Notes under the pieces: generated by a model | What the model saw: only the letters and a program-made list of their open reading frames with translations | Databases searched by the model: none | Told to the model about the DNA's origin: nothing | In this document: positions 50,708 through 62,800 of the stretch, in pieces | How positions within the stretch are numbered: position 1 is the first letter of the stretch | Layout of the letters: the number at the start of each line of letters is the position of its first letter | Assembly: GCF_030144855.1 (NCBI RefSeq) | Contig: NC_082706.1 | Coordinates: forward strand, 154,752,001 to 154,816,000 | Direction: 5' to 3' | Length of the DNA: 64,000 nt | Source: Hypanus sabinus | Taxonomy: Eukaryota | Program-made: the position numbers and the translations under genes

Positions 50708-52678
50708 GTAAGTTAATGTTCTTCACTTGCTCTAAGATAGCGAGAATGGCAATCTTGGGGCTTTGGCAACAACTATAAAGCAAGACTTTAAGACTCCCTT
50801 GCTTTGCAGGATTTCAAAATAAAACATTATAGAAGTAACAGATGACTGGTGATGAAGAATTAGTGAAGAGAAAATGGGATGTTTATATTGGTTACACATA
50901 GCATATCTGAAAAGTTGCCCAAATTTACTATTCAGTTGATCATAGTGGTCATCATAGTTAATAAAAAAAATCACAATTGATGTATTGCTTTAAAACTGCT
51001 CACTTGAATTGAATTATTTGGAATTGGCACCCTAGATTGATTTTCTCCTAAGACACATTGAATAAACAGGATGCTTAACACGATCTTATCGTGTCGCTTT
51101 TGCAGTGGAAAGGAATATTTCCATTTGAAAATCCACACTGAAATTCAGACACTTGGATCTGATTTGCAATGATTATGTGTAAATTAGCTTTGCCAGGAAG
51201 CTGAAGGAGATGTATTTCTGTAGAATGAGGTCAATGTGCAACTCTTTTCACTGGATTAAAGAAGTCTAATGTATAAAGATGTTCATTCTTTTTTTTTTGA
51301 GGATAACTGACTTTTGCTAAACTCTAGTGACTGGGATTTTGCAAACACTATTTTGCAAAATGATGAGTTAATCAGGAAGTTTATTTAATATTTTGTTTGT
51401 TAGGTTAAACCACTGACAATGTCTTAGTGCTCTGTTTGTGCATTAAGTTTTGTATGTTAATAGTATCCTTTCTAAGTACATATTACTACCCCCCCCCCCC
51501 CGTTACTTTTTAGTTTTTTTAGTTTTTTGATGCTGAAATGTAACACCATGAATATAGGCAATTCTTTAGTAACTTGTGCACATTGCAAGTTTCAGCAAAC
51601 TCTTTGATAGTACTAATCGTTGTAGCCCAATTCAGTCAGCTGAACCAGTGTGTTTTTTGTGCCTGGTCAGCAGGTGGAGAATTCTGGTTGAAGTTTCCAT
51701 ATGGGTTTACTCTCAAATTGTAGTACTCTTGCTGAAACCTGATAATATAACATAAGGCAGAAACCTCGCTTAGTGCAACATTAGGTTATATATTTACCTT
51801 TTAGGGCAAGAGGCATGATTATAACATTTATGTTTGGTCCTTACTGATTTTTCATTCATAATGGACAAATTTTGTAAACATAATGAGATAAAAACAAATC
51901 TTAGATATAATTTATTGGCAGCATCATAGGATTGCAAGAACAGAAAATTTTATAGTTATATATATTTAAATTCAGTGTTGTGCCACATGTGACACTACTC
52001 GTTGAGCTTGCATTGAGTCTCAAGGGAGCTAAAAAGTAAAAATACAAATTAAATGGGGAATTAAAATTCCAGGCAACTCGAGGTTTGTGGTCACTCTTAC
52101 AAATTAAACAGGTATGTACTATGAAGTGTTAGCCAATTCTACATTTGGTTTCCCAGTGTAGAGGAGATAACTAGTGAGCATTGAATGGCAGGTGAAATTG
52201 GAAAAAGTACATGTAAGTTGCTGCCTCACCTTGAAGAAATACCAGGGTGCCTGAATGATGGGAAAGAGCCAAGAGTCTTTTAAGAGTCTCTTATATAGTA
52301 TACATGGATCTATGCGGTAGGGAAATTCGAGGCAGCTTCTGGAGTAGCTTACATGGTTGGCACAACATTGTGGGCCAAAGGGCCTGTAATGTGCTGTAGA
52401 TTTTCTATGCTTCCATGTTTGTGAAAGGGTAGGTGTTGCAATTTGGATAAGATTTGGAAAGTATTTTGAGTCTTGCTGTACTTGGATGTGTGGTCATAAG
52501 CTTCCAATTCCAAATTGTTAACACCTGTAAAAATCTAATAATCCACAAATAATTTGAAGAACATGAAAAGTAATCTCGTAGTATTTTGTTATTATTTTCC
52601 ATTATTGTTGCATAACTGCCATTTATATATCTTAACATGTCATTCTGTGTAGTTGAATAATTACTTTAAATTTTATAG

Positions 52679-52787
52679 ATATAAGCAAAGCTCTTATTGT
52701 AACTGAGCTTGGATCTAATCGCACACCAGAGATTGTGAAGACAGTACTTTCAAACATGGAGAAACTAATTTCTATTCCAAGTCATGG
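52679..52787 (+). CDS. IMPA1: IMPA1 coding exon 6
   Basis: ISKALIVTELGSNRTPEIVKTVLSNMEKLISIPSHG; 109 nt. Confidence 0.96.
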
Positions 52788-52829
52788 GTAGGTATCTTTC
52801 ACAAGTGAAATATAAAACTAATCTATATT

Positions 52830-53140
52830 AAGGTGTGGTACAGTAGTGTAGCACTGAGCGTAACACACTACAGCAGCAGTGATATGGGTTCAATTCCCAG
52901 CACTGTCAATAAGGAGTTTGTGCATTCTCCCCATAATCTAGTAGGTTTCTTTCCACCTTCCAAAGACCTGCAGGCTAGTAAGGGTTAATATGTTGTGGGC
53001 ATGCAATGTTGCTGCTGGAAGCATGACGACATGATCGCAGCCCCCAGCACATCTTTGGACTGTGTTGGTTGTTGATGCAAATGACACATTTCACTCTATG
53101 TTTTGATGTATATTCAACAAATAAAGCAATAAAGCTAATC
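52830..53140 (+). mobile_element. tRNA-derived SINE
   Basis: A-box-like start, B-box GGTTCAATTCC at ~52887, central ggagtttgtgcattctcccc domain, aataaagc tail. Confidence 0.6.
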
Positions 53141-53769
53141 CCTCTAATTTGCTATTCAATGGGATAAGGATTTTCTTAATAGCTAGCAAATGATTGTTTT
53201 GTTTGAAACTCCCAGGATGATTTGAGAAGTTCTATCACTTTTGGAGCCAGTTTTCAAGACTAGTCCCAAATCATTAGCTGTTGTTTATTTAGCCACTGAC
53301 AGGAAAGATCCTCCTTTGAATTGTTTTGGCAGTATCAAATGCAATATTTTGTGCATGGATTTAAAAACAATGGGCTAGAGAGAACTGATATGTCAAGAAA
53401 AACTGAGTAGATCTCATCAAACTTTCAGATTATGAGAGGAATGTTAGATAGTCTTTAAATATGATTTCCAGAAAATGAACTGAGTGGAAGGCAATATCAT
53501 TAGCAAGGACATATCCAAGTACAATTAACTGCTGAGATTACCTGTGGCATGAACTGAGCTTTCTGATTTTTGAGGCCTTGTTTGCCAGCAAGGCTTTGCA
53601 TTACATAATGGAGTCATATAAGCAAGCCCCAATCCTTCAGCAGTTCTCAGCTTTACTACCTGTCAAAACTTTCAATAATTCTTGAAGTTACCAAGATTCA
53701 GAAGGATTTAAAAACAGCTACTGATAATGGAAAACAAAGACTATTCTAAACAGAGAAAATTTAAAAATC

Positions 53770-54440
53770 TAGATGCAAAGGGACTTGGAAGTCCTTGTGC
53801 AGAATTCTGTAAAGGTTAACTTGCAAGGTGAGGTAATGGCAAGCAAGGTAAATATTAGGGATTCTTTTTGAGAGGACTAGAATATAAGAGCAAGGATGTA
53901 ATGCTGAGGCTTTATAACGCATTGGTTGGATGGTTTTGGCACCCTTATCTAACAAAAGATGTGCTGGGATTGGAGGGTTTCCAGAGGTGGTTTACGAGAA
54001 TGCTTCTGGGAACGAAAGGGTTAATATGTGAGTAGTTCTTGATGCCTCTGGGCCTATACTCACTGGAGTTTAGAAGAATGAGAGGAGTCTCATTGAAACC
54101 TATCTAATATTGAAAGACCTAGATTCAGTGGATGTGTAGAGGACGTTTCCTATGGTAGATGAGTCTCGGACCAGAGGACACAGCCTCAGAAAAGATGGAT
54201 GTTCATTTAGAACACAGATAAGGAGGAATTTCTTTAGCTAGAAAGAAATGTGGTGAATCTGTGGAATTCATTGCCATGGACAGCTGTGATGACTAAATCA
54301 TTGAGTTTATTTAAAGTGGAAGTTGATAGGTTCTCGATTAGACAGTGTGTCAAAGGTTATGGGGAGTAGGCAGAAGAATGAGGTTAAAGTGGTTAATCAG
54401 ATATGACATAATGGCCTGCTTCTGCTCAGGTCTTATGATA
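53770..54440 (+). mobile_element. CR1 LINE 3' fragment
   Basis: Same family as the 12.2 kb and 25.3 kb copies, in the opposite orientation. Confidence 0.8.
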
Positions 54441-54596
54441 TCAAAAATAACTAAGGGAAGATGCTTCACTGCATGGGACATATTAACCTCTTACCAGGGG
54501 CACAATTTCACTGTGCACTTTAAAGGAGTTGGGGAGGGGAAATTTTGTGAGGAGAGTTTACATTAAGTTTTAAATTATTTCTTGAATATTTTTCAG

Positions 54597-54748
54597 AATT
54601 CGAGCTTTAGGATCTGCAGCAATAAACATGTGCATGGTGGCATCTGGTGGTGCCGATGCCTACTATGAAATGGGTATTCACTGCTGGGATATGGCAGCAG
54701 CTGCACTCATTGTCACAGAGGCTGGCGGTGTTGTGGTGGATATATCAG
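54597..54748 (+). CDS. IMPA1: IMPA1 coding exon 7
   Basis: [50 protein letters not shown], with the WDxAA...EAGG signature; the [10 protein letters not shown] segment is IMPA1-type rather than IMPA2-type; 152 nt. Confidence 0.97.
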
Positions 54749-55928
54749 GTAGCCTTGAATATTCTGTTTTGTAAATGTAACATATTATTTTTTAGATCAT
54801 GGTTTTCCTAATAAAAGGGTATCTTGTTACATCTACAATCCCAATTCACAATCTTTTCAGCTCTAATCTTTTTAATCCACACGTGTTCTTTGATACCAGC
54901 ATCACTTTTTCTCAATACTGGATCTCGGCCCAAAACATTGACTATCTCGTTGCCTCCACCGATTCTGCTTGGCCTGCTGAGTTTGTTTTCTGGCTGGATC
55001 TCAGCACCTATAGTTGGTGTGCCAGTATTTTGTATTGCATCTCTCAGTTTACTTTGCTGCCTTTCTAATTGTGTTGATGTACATCCAATATCCAATCTCT
55101 GGTCATCGCAATTTCTTACTGTAACAAACTGAATTAATTATTTTTAGCTCCCACACCAGTCATTATCTTTGTCACCGTTTCCACTTTGCTACCTTGCACT
55201 GTTGCCATCTGAGTTAGATCATTAGCATCTTTGCATCCCTTTCTGATTCCATTTGTGCTTTTTTATCTAACCCAAGGAACCACAAGTTTAAAATTCTTAT
55301 TCACATTGGATTCATCTGTCTGTCTGTCAAATCAATTTTAATTGTACACCATCTATATTTTCTCTATATTCCTGACTCTGGTCCTTTATGTATACTCTCA
55401 ACTCATTTCCCCACAATTTTCATCTGTGATTTCGGCTTTTAGGGTCCACTGTCTACAATTCTCTTCCAGAATTACTGCTGCTCTCCACTTCCCAACTGCC
55501 TTTTCCTTTAATACACTTCAAACGTTCATCATTATACATATTTCTGTTCACTTCTGAAGTATTACTTGGTTTAGTGTCAGTTTTATTTTGCTGAAGTCTC
55601 AGAAATGTCTTAAATCCTTTTATTTTAAAGGTGTTGTTCAATTGGATGTTGTTGCTTGCTTATCAAATTCAACTAAATTAAGTTTCATGCTAATGGTACA
55701 AGGTTTATTTTCTGACTTGTTTCCACACGGTCTGTAGAACAAAGACTAAATAAAAGTAGAAAACCTGGAGCTACTTTATGTGCCAGGCAACTCTTGTGCT
55801 TCCTCCAGAGATACTGTTTGAACTCCTGAGTATTTCCAGCAAATCTTCTTTTTATTTTGGATTTCTAGCACTGGTTTGTTTTGCCTTTTACTATTAATAT
55901 TTATTTCTTTTGATGTATTTTATTTTAG

Positions 55929-56044
55929 GAGGCACGTTTGATCTGATGTCACGGAGAGTGATTGCTGCAAGCAGCAAGGCAATTGCAGAAAGGATTGCAC
56001 AGGAAATTCATATAATCCCTTATCAGAGGGATGATCAGGAATAA
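55929..56044 (+). CDS. IMPA1: IMPA1 last coding exon
   Basis: GTFDLMSRRVIAASSKAIAERIAQEIHIIPYQRDDQE*. The spliced CDS is 852 nt (283 aa). AATAAA at 56428. Confidence 0.96.
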
Positions 56045-56959
56045 AGATAATGAAATGTATTTCTTAAACGTTTACTACATGTAATCCAATTTAAATAGAT
56101 TTTCACATTGTCTGCACATGTACTGAGAATATTTGAGCCCGGTAAGTGAAAATGATAAATTAGTCAGGTTCAGTATCTGACATGAATGTGCATGTAGCAC
56201 AGTTTCATTGAATGTTATAAATGTTATCAATATACTACCAAAAAAAAAATCCTGCTTCTGCTGAAGTTGATGGATTAGAGTAATATAATTAAAATTTGGA
56301 CCTTTGCTATCATTTGTTGTATGGGATATTTCCTTGTAATTGAATGGTATACAAAAGCTTATCTTCTTTATATTTAATGAGTGGAAATAAGTACATAAGT
56401 GAAATGCAATTTATACATATATGTAGTAATAAAAGGGGTTGATATAAGTTGAATATTGTTATGCCATGTACTTTTCATGTGGAAAGACTTGGTATTTTTA
56501 TTAGATATATCCAGGTATTTTTTTTAATAGATTTTTTAAAAATTCTATCCATTCTTGCTTGCAGGACATCTGTTATCCTTGGTCAGTGAGCTTCAGATCT
56601 AATTCCTAAATTAATCTTTTTGTCTTTTTCAGCTTTACTTAATTTTCCTCGTTGAACAATTTTAAAATGCTGTGCACCTTTGAGACTGTTTGGTCATATT
56701 ATTTAAATTACATGCTTAGATGAGGAAACTGCTTTGCCGAGCACCTATGCTGGTCTGCAAGAATAAGCAGGATCTCCCAGTGGCCACCCATTTCAATTCT
56801 AACTCTTCTGTTGCCTACAAGTGAACAGGTTAATTAAGTATTGTAAGATCCTCAAGTTTTAAGAATTATTGGACTCTTTTTTGTGGGTATTCATATGTTG
56901 TAAATTATGGAGAGTAGCACAACCTCATGTTTACCAAGAAAGGCTAACAAATGGTGCAA

Positions 56960-57365
56960 CACATATAATATGCTGGAGAAACTCAGCAGGCCAGGCAGCA
57001 TCAATGGAGAAGAATAAACAGTCAGTGTTTCAGGCTGAGACCCTTCATCAGGACTGGAGAAAAAATGAGAAGTTAGAACAAGAAGGTGGACGGAGAGGAG
57101 AACTGACCATGGACTGATATGTCAGGATATGAATGGGAAGTAGAATTAAAATGGGTGGCCACCGGGAGATCCCACTTTTTCTAGTAGATGGAGCATAGGT
57201 GCTGGGCAAAATGGTCTCCTAATCTACAGCGGGTCTCACCGATATACAGGTGGCTGCACTGGGAGCACCTGATCCCAACAGACTCACAGATGAAGTGTCG
57301 CCTCATCTGCAAGGACTGTTTGGGCCCTGAATGGTAATGAGGGAGGAGGTGTAGGGACAGGTGTA
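56960..57365 (-). mobile_element. Penelope-like element 3' fragment with GIY-YIG endonuclease and terminal repeat
   Basis: Minus strand TCPYTSSLITIQGP...CSQCSHLYIGETRCRLGDHFAQHL, followed by the terminal repeat carrying the CTGATGA...GAAA motif. Confidence 0.8.
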
Positions 57366-58677
57366 TTTTGGTGCCAGCTATTTATTCTTAGAAGATATGG
57401 ACTAGAATTAAGAACAGAGCAACTAAAACTAATTCAAATCAAATAAACAATTCCCACTAATGTAATTGTTCCCACCTATTGCACGGTTCAGTTTTGTCAC
57501 TTAACCTTCTGGTTAATTGTATATTCATGGAGCCATCCTTCACCACTGGTTTCAAAAGGGGTATACTTTGGGTGTCTGAAATTTGTATTCAGAGTGGTTC
57601 TGCTAGTTGGGATTTCCTACCATTGTAAATATGTATTGCTGTAAATTTACCCATGTTCAAAATGTTAAAGTTAAGTGATTATAGCAATTAATTGTTTGTT
57701 ATCTTTGATTTGAAGTAGAAAACATCCTGCCAAGAAAGTGAGGTGCTCCTAGACACTCTCAACTGGAGGTTTGCTGTGTAAGTGAAGACTTTTATATTTC
57801 CCAGTTACAGATTCTGTGTGGCTCAGTTTTAGTTGGGCACATGTGAATGCTTGTCTGGGACACACTCATGACCCATCATGTGGCCTGACCTTAACAGTTT
57901 AAGGGATTGAATTTCTTTTTAAGAATAGCATCCCACACTTTGATCTGTTCAGGTCAACAGCCACAGGATCACAAAATATCAAAGAACATGGCAGATAGCT
58001 TAACTGGTAAATATGAAAGTGTGTGTGTGTTTGTCTAAGAGTGAGATTTTCTTGGACTCTCTCCTGGAGGTTTACTGTGTGAATAAAGGCTTTTATATTC
58101 CCAGTCACAACTTCTGTATGGCTCAGCTTTAGTCAGCCACAACGGGAGAAACATCTGAAGGCGGCTCAGTTTACTTCCACAGATCATGGTTTTCTAAAAA
58201 GCTACTGCAGACATAGTAAAATCTAAATACATAAGAAATTGAGACTTTTTAAATTTTATATAAACCTGTGAAAGTAAGATCCAGAATCAGCAAGCAGTCG
58301 GGTTTGTTCATTTGCAGGGGCAACTTATTTCACATTGTTAACTATACAGTATACCAGCTCAGCAAGTGATTTTACAGTCCACGAGGAATAGTCTTACATC
58401 AGTGTGTATCTGATGTACAACTATTTGTGAGAGTTCCATGTAGAATGGCTTCACCTACCAAGGCCTCAAGGTCCAGAATTCCTTCAGCCATGCCTCTTTG
58501 ATTCAATACACCCTTTACCCTGTTGCAGGCAGCCAAACTATCCATCTCTCACAGCTGTGGAAGTCTTCTCTTTAAGCAGATTCCATCATGAACCTATAGT
58601 CTACCTGGAATACTGAATGGCCTCTAACTGAAATCCCAGAAAGGAGTTGAGTCTGGCACTTGTGATGGAACAAGCAA

Positions 58678-59884
58678 ACCCTATTTTACTAAGCTCCATG
58701 TACCTATCCAAAAGTCTCTTAAAAGACCCAATCGTATCCATCTCCACCACCGTTGCCGGCAGCCCATTCCACACACTCACCACTCTCTGAGTAAGAAACT
58801 TACCCCTGACATCTCCTCTGTACCAATTCCCCAGCACCTTAAACCTGTGTCCTCTTGTGGCAACCATTTCAGCCCTGGGAAAAAGCCTCTGACTATCCAC
58901 ACGATCAATGCTTCTCATCATCTTATACACCTCTATCAGGTCACCTCTCATCAGCCTTCGCTCCAAGGAGAAAAGGCCAAGTTCACTCAACCTTTTCTCA
59001 TAAGGCATGCTCCCCAATCCAGGCAACATCCTTGTAAATTTCCTCTGCACCCTTTCTATGGCTTCCACATCCTTCCTGTAGTGAGGCGACCAGAATGAAT
59101 GCTCAGGGCTGATCCATTTGCCAATCTCCTGCCTTCTCACCACTGACTCAACCTGTATGTTACCTTTAGGAAATCTTGCATGAGGACTCACAAGTCCCTT
59201 TCACCTCAGAATTTTGAATTCTTTCCCCCCCCCCCCCCCCCACTTAGATAATAGTCTATGCATTTATACCTTCTACCAATCCACTTGGCCATACACTTCC
59301 CAACACTGTATTCCATCTGCCATTTCTTTCCCGTGCTCCGAAACTGAAGTCCTGCAGCTGCCCTGCTTCCTCAATACTACTGGCTGCTCTTCCCATCTTC
59401 TACTGTCCACAAACTTGGTCAAAAAGCCATCAACTGCATCATCCAAATCATTGACATATAACGTGAAAAGAAGTGGCCCCAACACTGACCCCTGTGGAAC
59501 ACCACAATTCACTGGCAGCCAATCAGAAAAGGCTCCCTTTATTCATACTGTTTGCTTTATATCAGTCAGCCAATGCTCTAGCTATGCCAATGCCTTCCCC
59601 ATAAAACAATGGGCTGTTATTTTGCTAAGCAGCCTCATATGCAGCACCTTATCAAAGGCCTTCTGAAAGTCAAAGTAAACAATATCCACCGATTCACCTT
59701 TGTCTATCGTGCTCGTTATTTCCTCAACCAATTCCAACATATTTGACAGGTAAGATTTCCCTTTGGAAATAATAATTGACTTTGGTCCATTATATGCCTC
59801 CAAGTACCGAACTCATCCTTAACAACTTATCAACCACTGAGGTCAAGCTAACTGGTTTGTAGTTTCCTTTCTTCTGCCTCCCTC
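58678..59884 (-). mobile_element. CR1 LINE fragments (the older one continues at 63534-64000, beyond the LTR insertion)
   Basis: [25 protein letters not shown]...MRGDLIEVYK; CGVPQGSVLGP; YFDFQKAFDKV. Confidence 0.9.
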
Positions 59885-62800
59885 TGTCAGGATGCTGGAA
59901 TGGGGGTCCAATCACAGACCCAGTACTGTGCATACAGTGATATTAATTGAGTAACAAATCCCAAGGTGTAGATCAAGTTAGTGTCAAAGTTCAGGCAGAG
60001 ATCAAAACATCCAGAGAAATCCAAAAACCAGAATCGGGAAACAGGCAGAGTCAATATTCAGACAGACAGAGTTCAGATACAAATGCTGAACAGGCTCAGG
60101 AAAATTCACTGGCACAATCTGGCAACAAACAGGTGAAAACACGGGACTAAAATATACTGAGCAATAAACAGAGAGGCAGATGATAGGTGGAGCGCAATGA
60201 GATGGAAGCGCCAGCAAAAAAGGTAATAATGAGAAACAGGTGAGAGGTGGAGTACTCAGTGATACAGGGGCCGGAGTAGAGCAGGAGCGGGGTCAGGAGC
60301 ACATGGGAATACAAAACCACAGGCTGACAGCGAGGGGGAAAAACACACAAAAAGACAAAGTTCAACTAGAAGTACTGACAGTAACCCCCCACCCATCTCT
60401 ACGGACACCTCCTAGTGTCACAGCAGGTAAAGCTGGGTGCTGCCGATTAAAGTCCCTGATGAGAGAGGAGTCCAGGATGTTACGGGCGGGGGCCCTGGCA
60501 CCTCTCCTCAGGACCGTAGCCCTCCCAGTCCACAAGGTACTGGAGGCCACGACCCCAGCGACAAACATCCAGCAGTTGATGCACCGTGAAGGCTTCTGAC
60601 CCATCGATGAGGAGGGGGTTTGTGGACAGGACACAGGGGTGGCTCATGAAAGGCTTGATGCAGGACACATGGAAGGTGGGATTAATGCAGCGGAGAGTTG
60701 AGGGGAGCTTGAGACAGACTTTAGCAATGGGAAAGGGGCCGATGAAGTGGGGGGAGGGGGGTTGCGAGCTTGTTGGAATCCACCTTGAGAAGCTGGTCTC
60801 GGCTTGAAAGCCATACATGCTGTCCCTGGTGGTAGCGTGGGGCCTTGGAGCGATGTGGCCAGCTAAATGCTTGATCCTAGCAGAGGCATGGAGAGGGGCA
60901 GAGCAAGTGTGCCTCCACCTCCGCTGACAACGGCACATGGAACGCCAACCTCACCCTCCTGGGCAGGAAACAGTGGAGGCTGGTGGCCAAGGCAGCACTT
61001 GGGGGACAAACCAGTGAATGAGGACGGATGAGAGTTTATGGCATACTCGGCCCAGGATAGCTGCTGCCTCCACGCAGAGGGGTTCTGGGAGACCAGACAC
61101 CGCAATACTGTCTCTAGCTGTTGGCTGGCCCGCTCGGTCTGGCCATTGGTCTGTGGGTGGAATTCTCTAGACAAACTCAGAGGCATCCAGAAGATTACAG
61201 AATGCCCTCCAGAAGCTGGATGTGTACTGATAGCCCCTGTCTGACACAACAGTTACAGTTAAACCATGTCATTTAAAAACATGCAGTACTAGTAATTTAA
61301 AAACATGTCATTTAAAAACAGGCAGAGGGGAGTTTGGATAAAGGAATGAAGAATACAAACTTGGAGAAATGATCAACTGATGTGAGAATGGTGGTGTTAT
61401 AATCAGACGGGGGAAGACTGGTGACAAAACCCAGGGCAATGTAGCAGGGGACCAGGAGAATCTGACAGCCGATGAGGTAAGAGCAGTGAGAGGTGCAGCC
61501 AGTATACTGTAATTTCTGATGAAATGGCGATAGAAGTTAGCAAAGCCCAAGAAGCGTTGAAACTCCCAATGAGTCGAAGGTTGGGACCTATCAACCACCA
61601 TCTTGACCTTCTGTTGGTCCATCTGAATGGAACCACTTGAAATTACATACCCCAGGAAGGAGACAGCATTGTGATGAAACTCACATTTCTCAGCCTTCAC
61701 AAAGAACTGATTTTTCAGAAGGCACTGGAGAAGTCTGCAAATGTGACCTGTGTGTTCAGCAAGGGACTTAGAAAAAAATCAAAATGTCGTCGAGATACAC
61801 AAAAACAAATTGGTTCAGCATTACCCTGAGAACATCATATACCAGGGTTTGGAAGACGGCAGCGGCATTGGTGAGACCAGATACTCGTAATGGCCTGAGG
61901 TGCGTTGCCCCTTTGCAGATGTGGACAAGATGGTAGGCATTACGGAGTTCAAGCTTGGTGAAAACTGAGGCTCCTTGCAGTAGCTCAAATGCCGAGGTCG
62001 AGTAGAAGTGGATAACACATCTTAACAGTGACTTCATTCAGTCCCCAGAGGGAGCTGTCCTTCTTTTCCACTGAGAGATTCACCGGGACCGTGACATGGG
62101 TGATGTTCGCCAGTCTCTGATCGATCAAGGCTCTGGCCATCAATGGTGACTAGAGAGCAGACGTGGGTAATCCCCACTGGACAGCCAAGCCAGAATTGAT
62201 AAAACACCCCTCCACACCAGAATTGACCAAGACGGAGATTGCTCACCATTGGACGCCCCAGTCCAGAAGCAGGTAGGAGTGTGATTGGCATTGAGGAGGG
62301 CCGGACAGGGGTCACACTCACCAGTAGGACGAAGAGTACTGGTGAGTGCTTGGCTTTTACTGGGCAGGTGGAGATGAAGGGGCCTGGTTGGCCACAGTAC
62401 AGACAGGAGCGGGTGTTGATTCTCCTTTGTCTTTCAGTTGGCGTCAGGTGGGTACAGGCAAACTTCATAGCTTCAGGGTCTGGAACGGAAATTGTAGATG
62501 GGGAAAACAGCAGGGCAATGTAGACTGATGAGGAGCTTGGAATTCACCCAGTGCCTCCAGGGACCCTCTGGAACACCTCCCTCTGAAAATACTGATGCAG
62601 AAAGGTGAGCCTGCCTCCCAGATGGCTGTTCCCCATTCTCTCCCGTGACCAGAGAGCTGAGTGATGACGTAGGCCACCTTGGCTCGATCAGTCAGAAATG
62701 TTGTTGGTTCAAAAATTCAAAAATGAGGGTGCACTGGGAAAGAAAAGAGCAGCAGGTACCGGGCTCACCTGAGTACTTTTCTGGAGGTGGCAGATGGGGT

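Noticed and set aside
52830-52910. tRNA gene
   Set aside because: A B-box is present, but I could not fold a cloverleaf and the sequence continues into a SINE body and tail.
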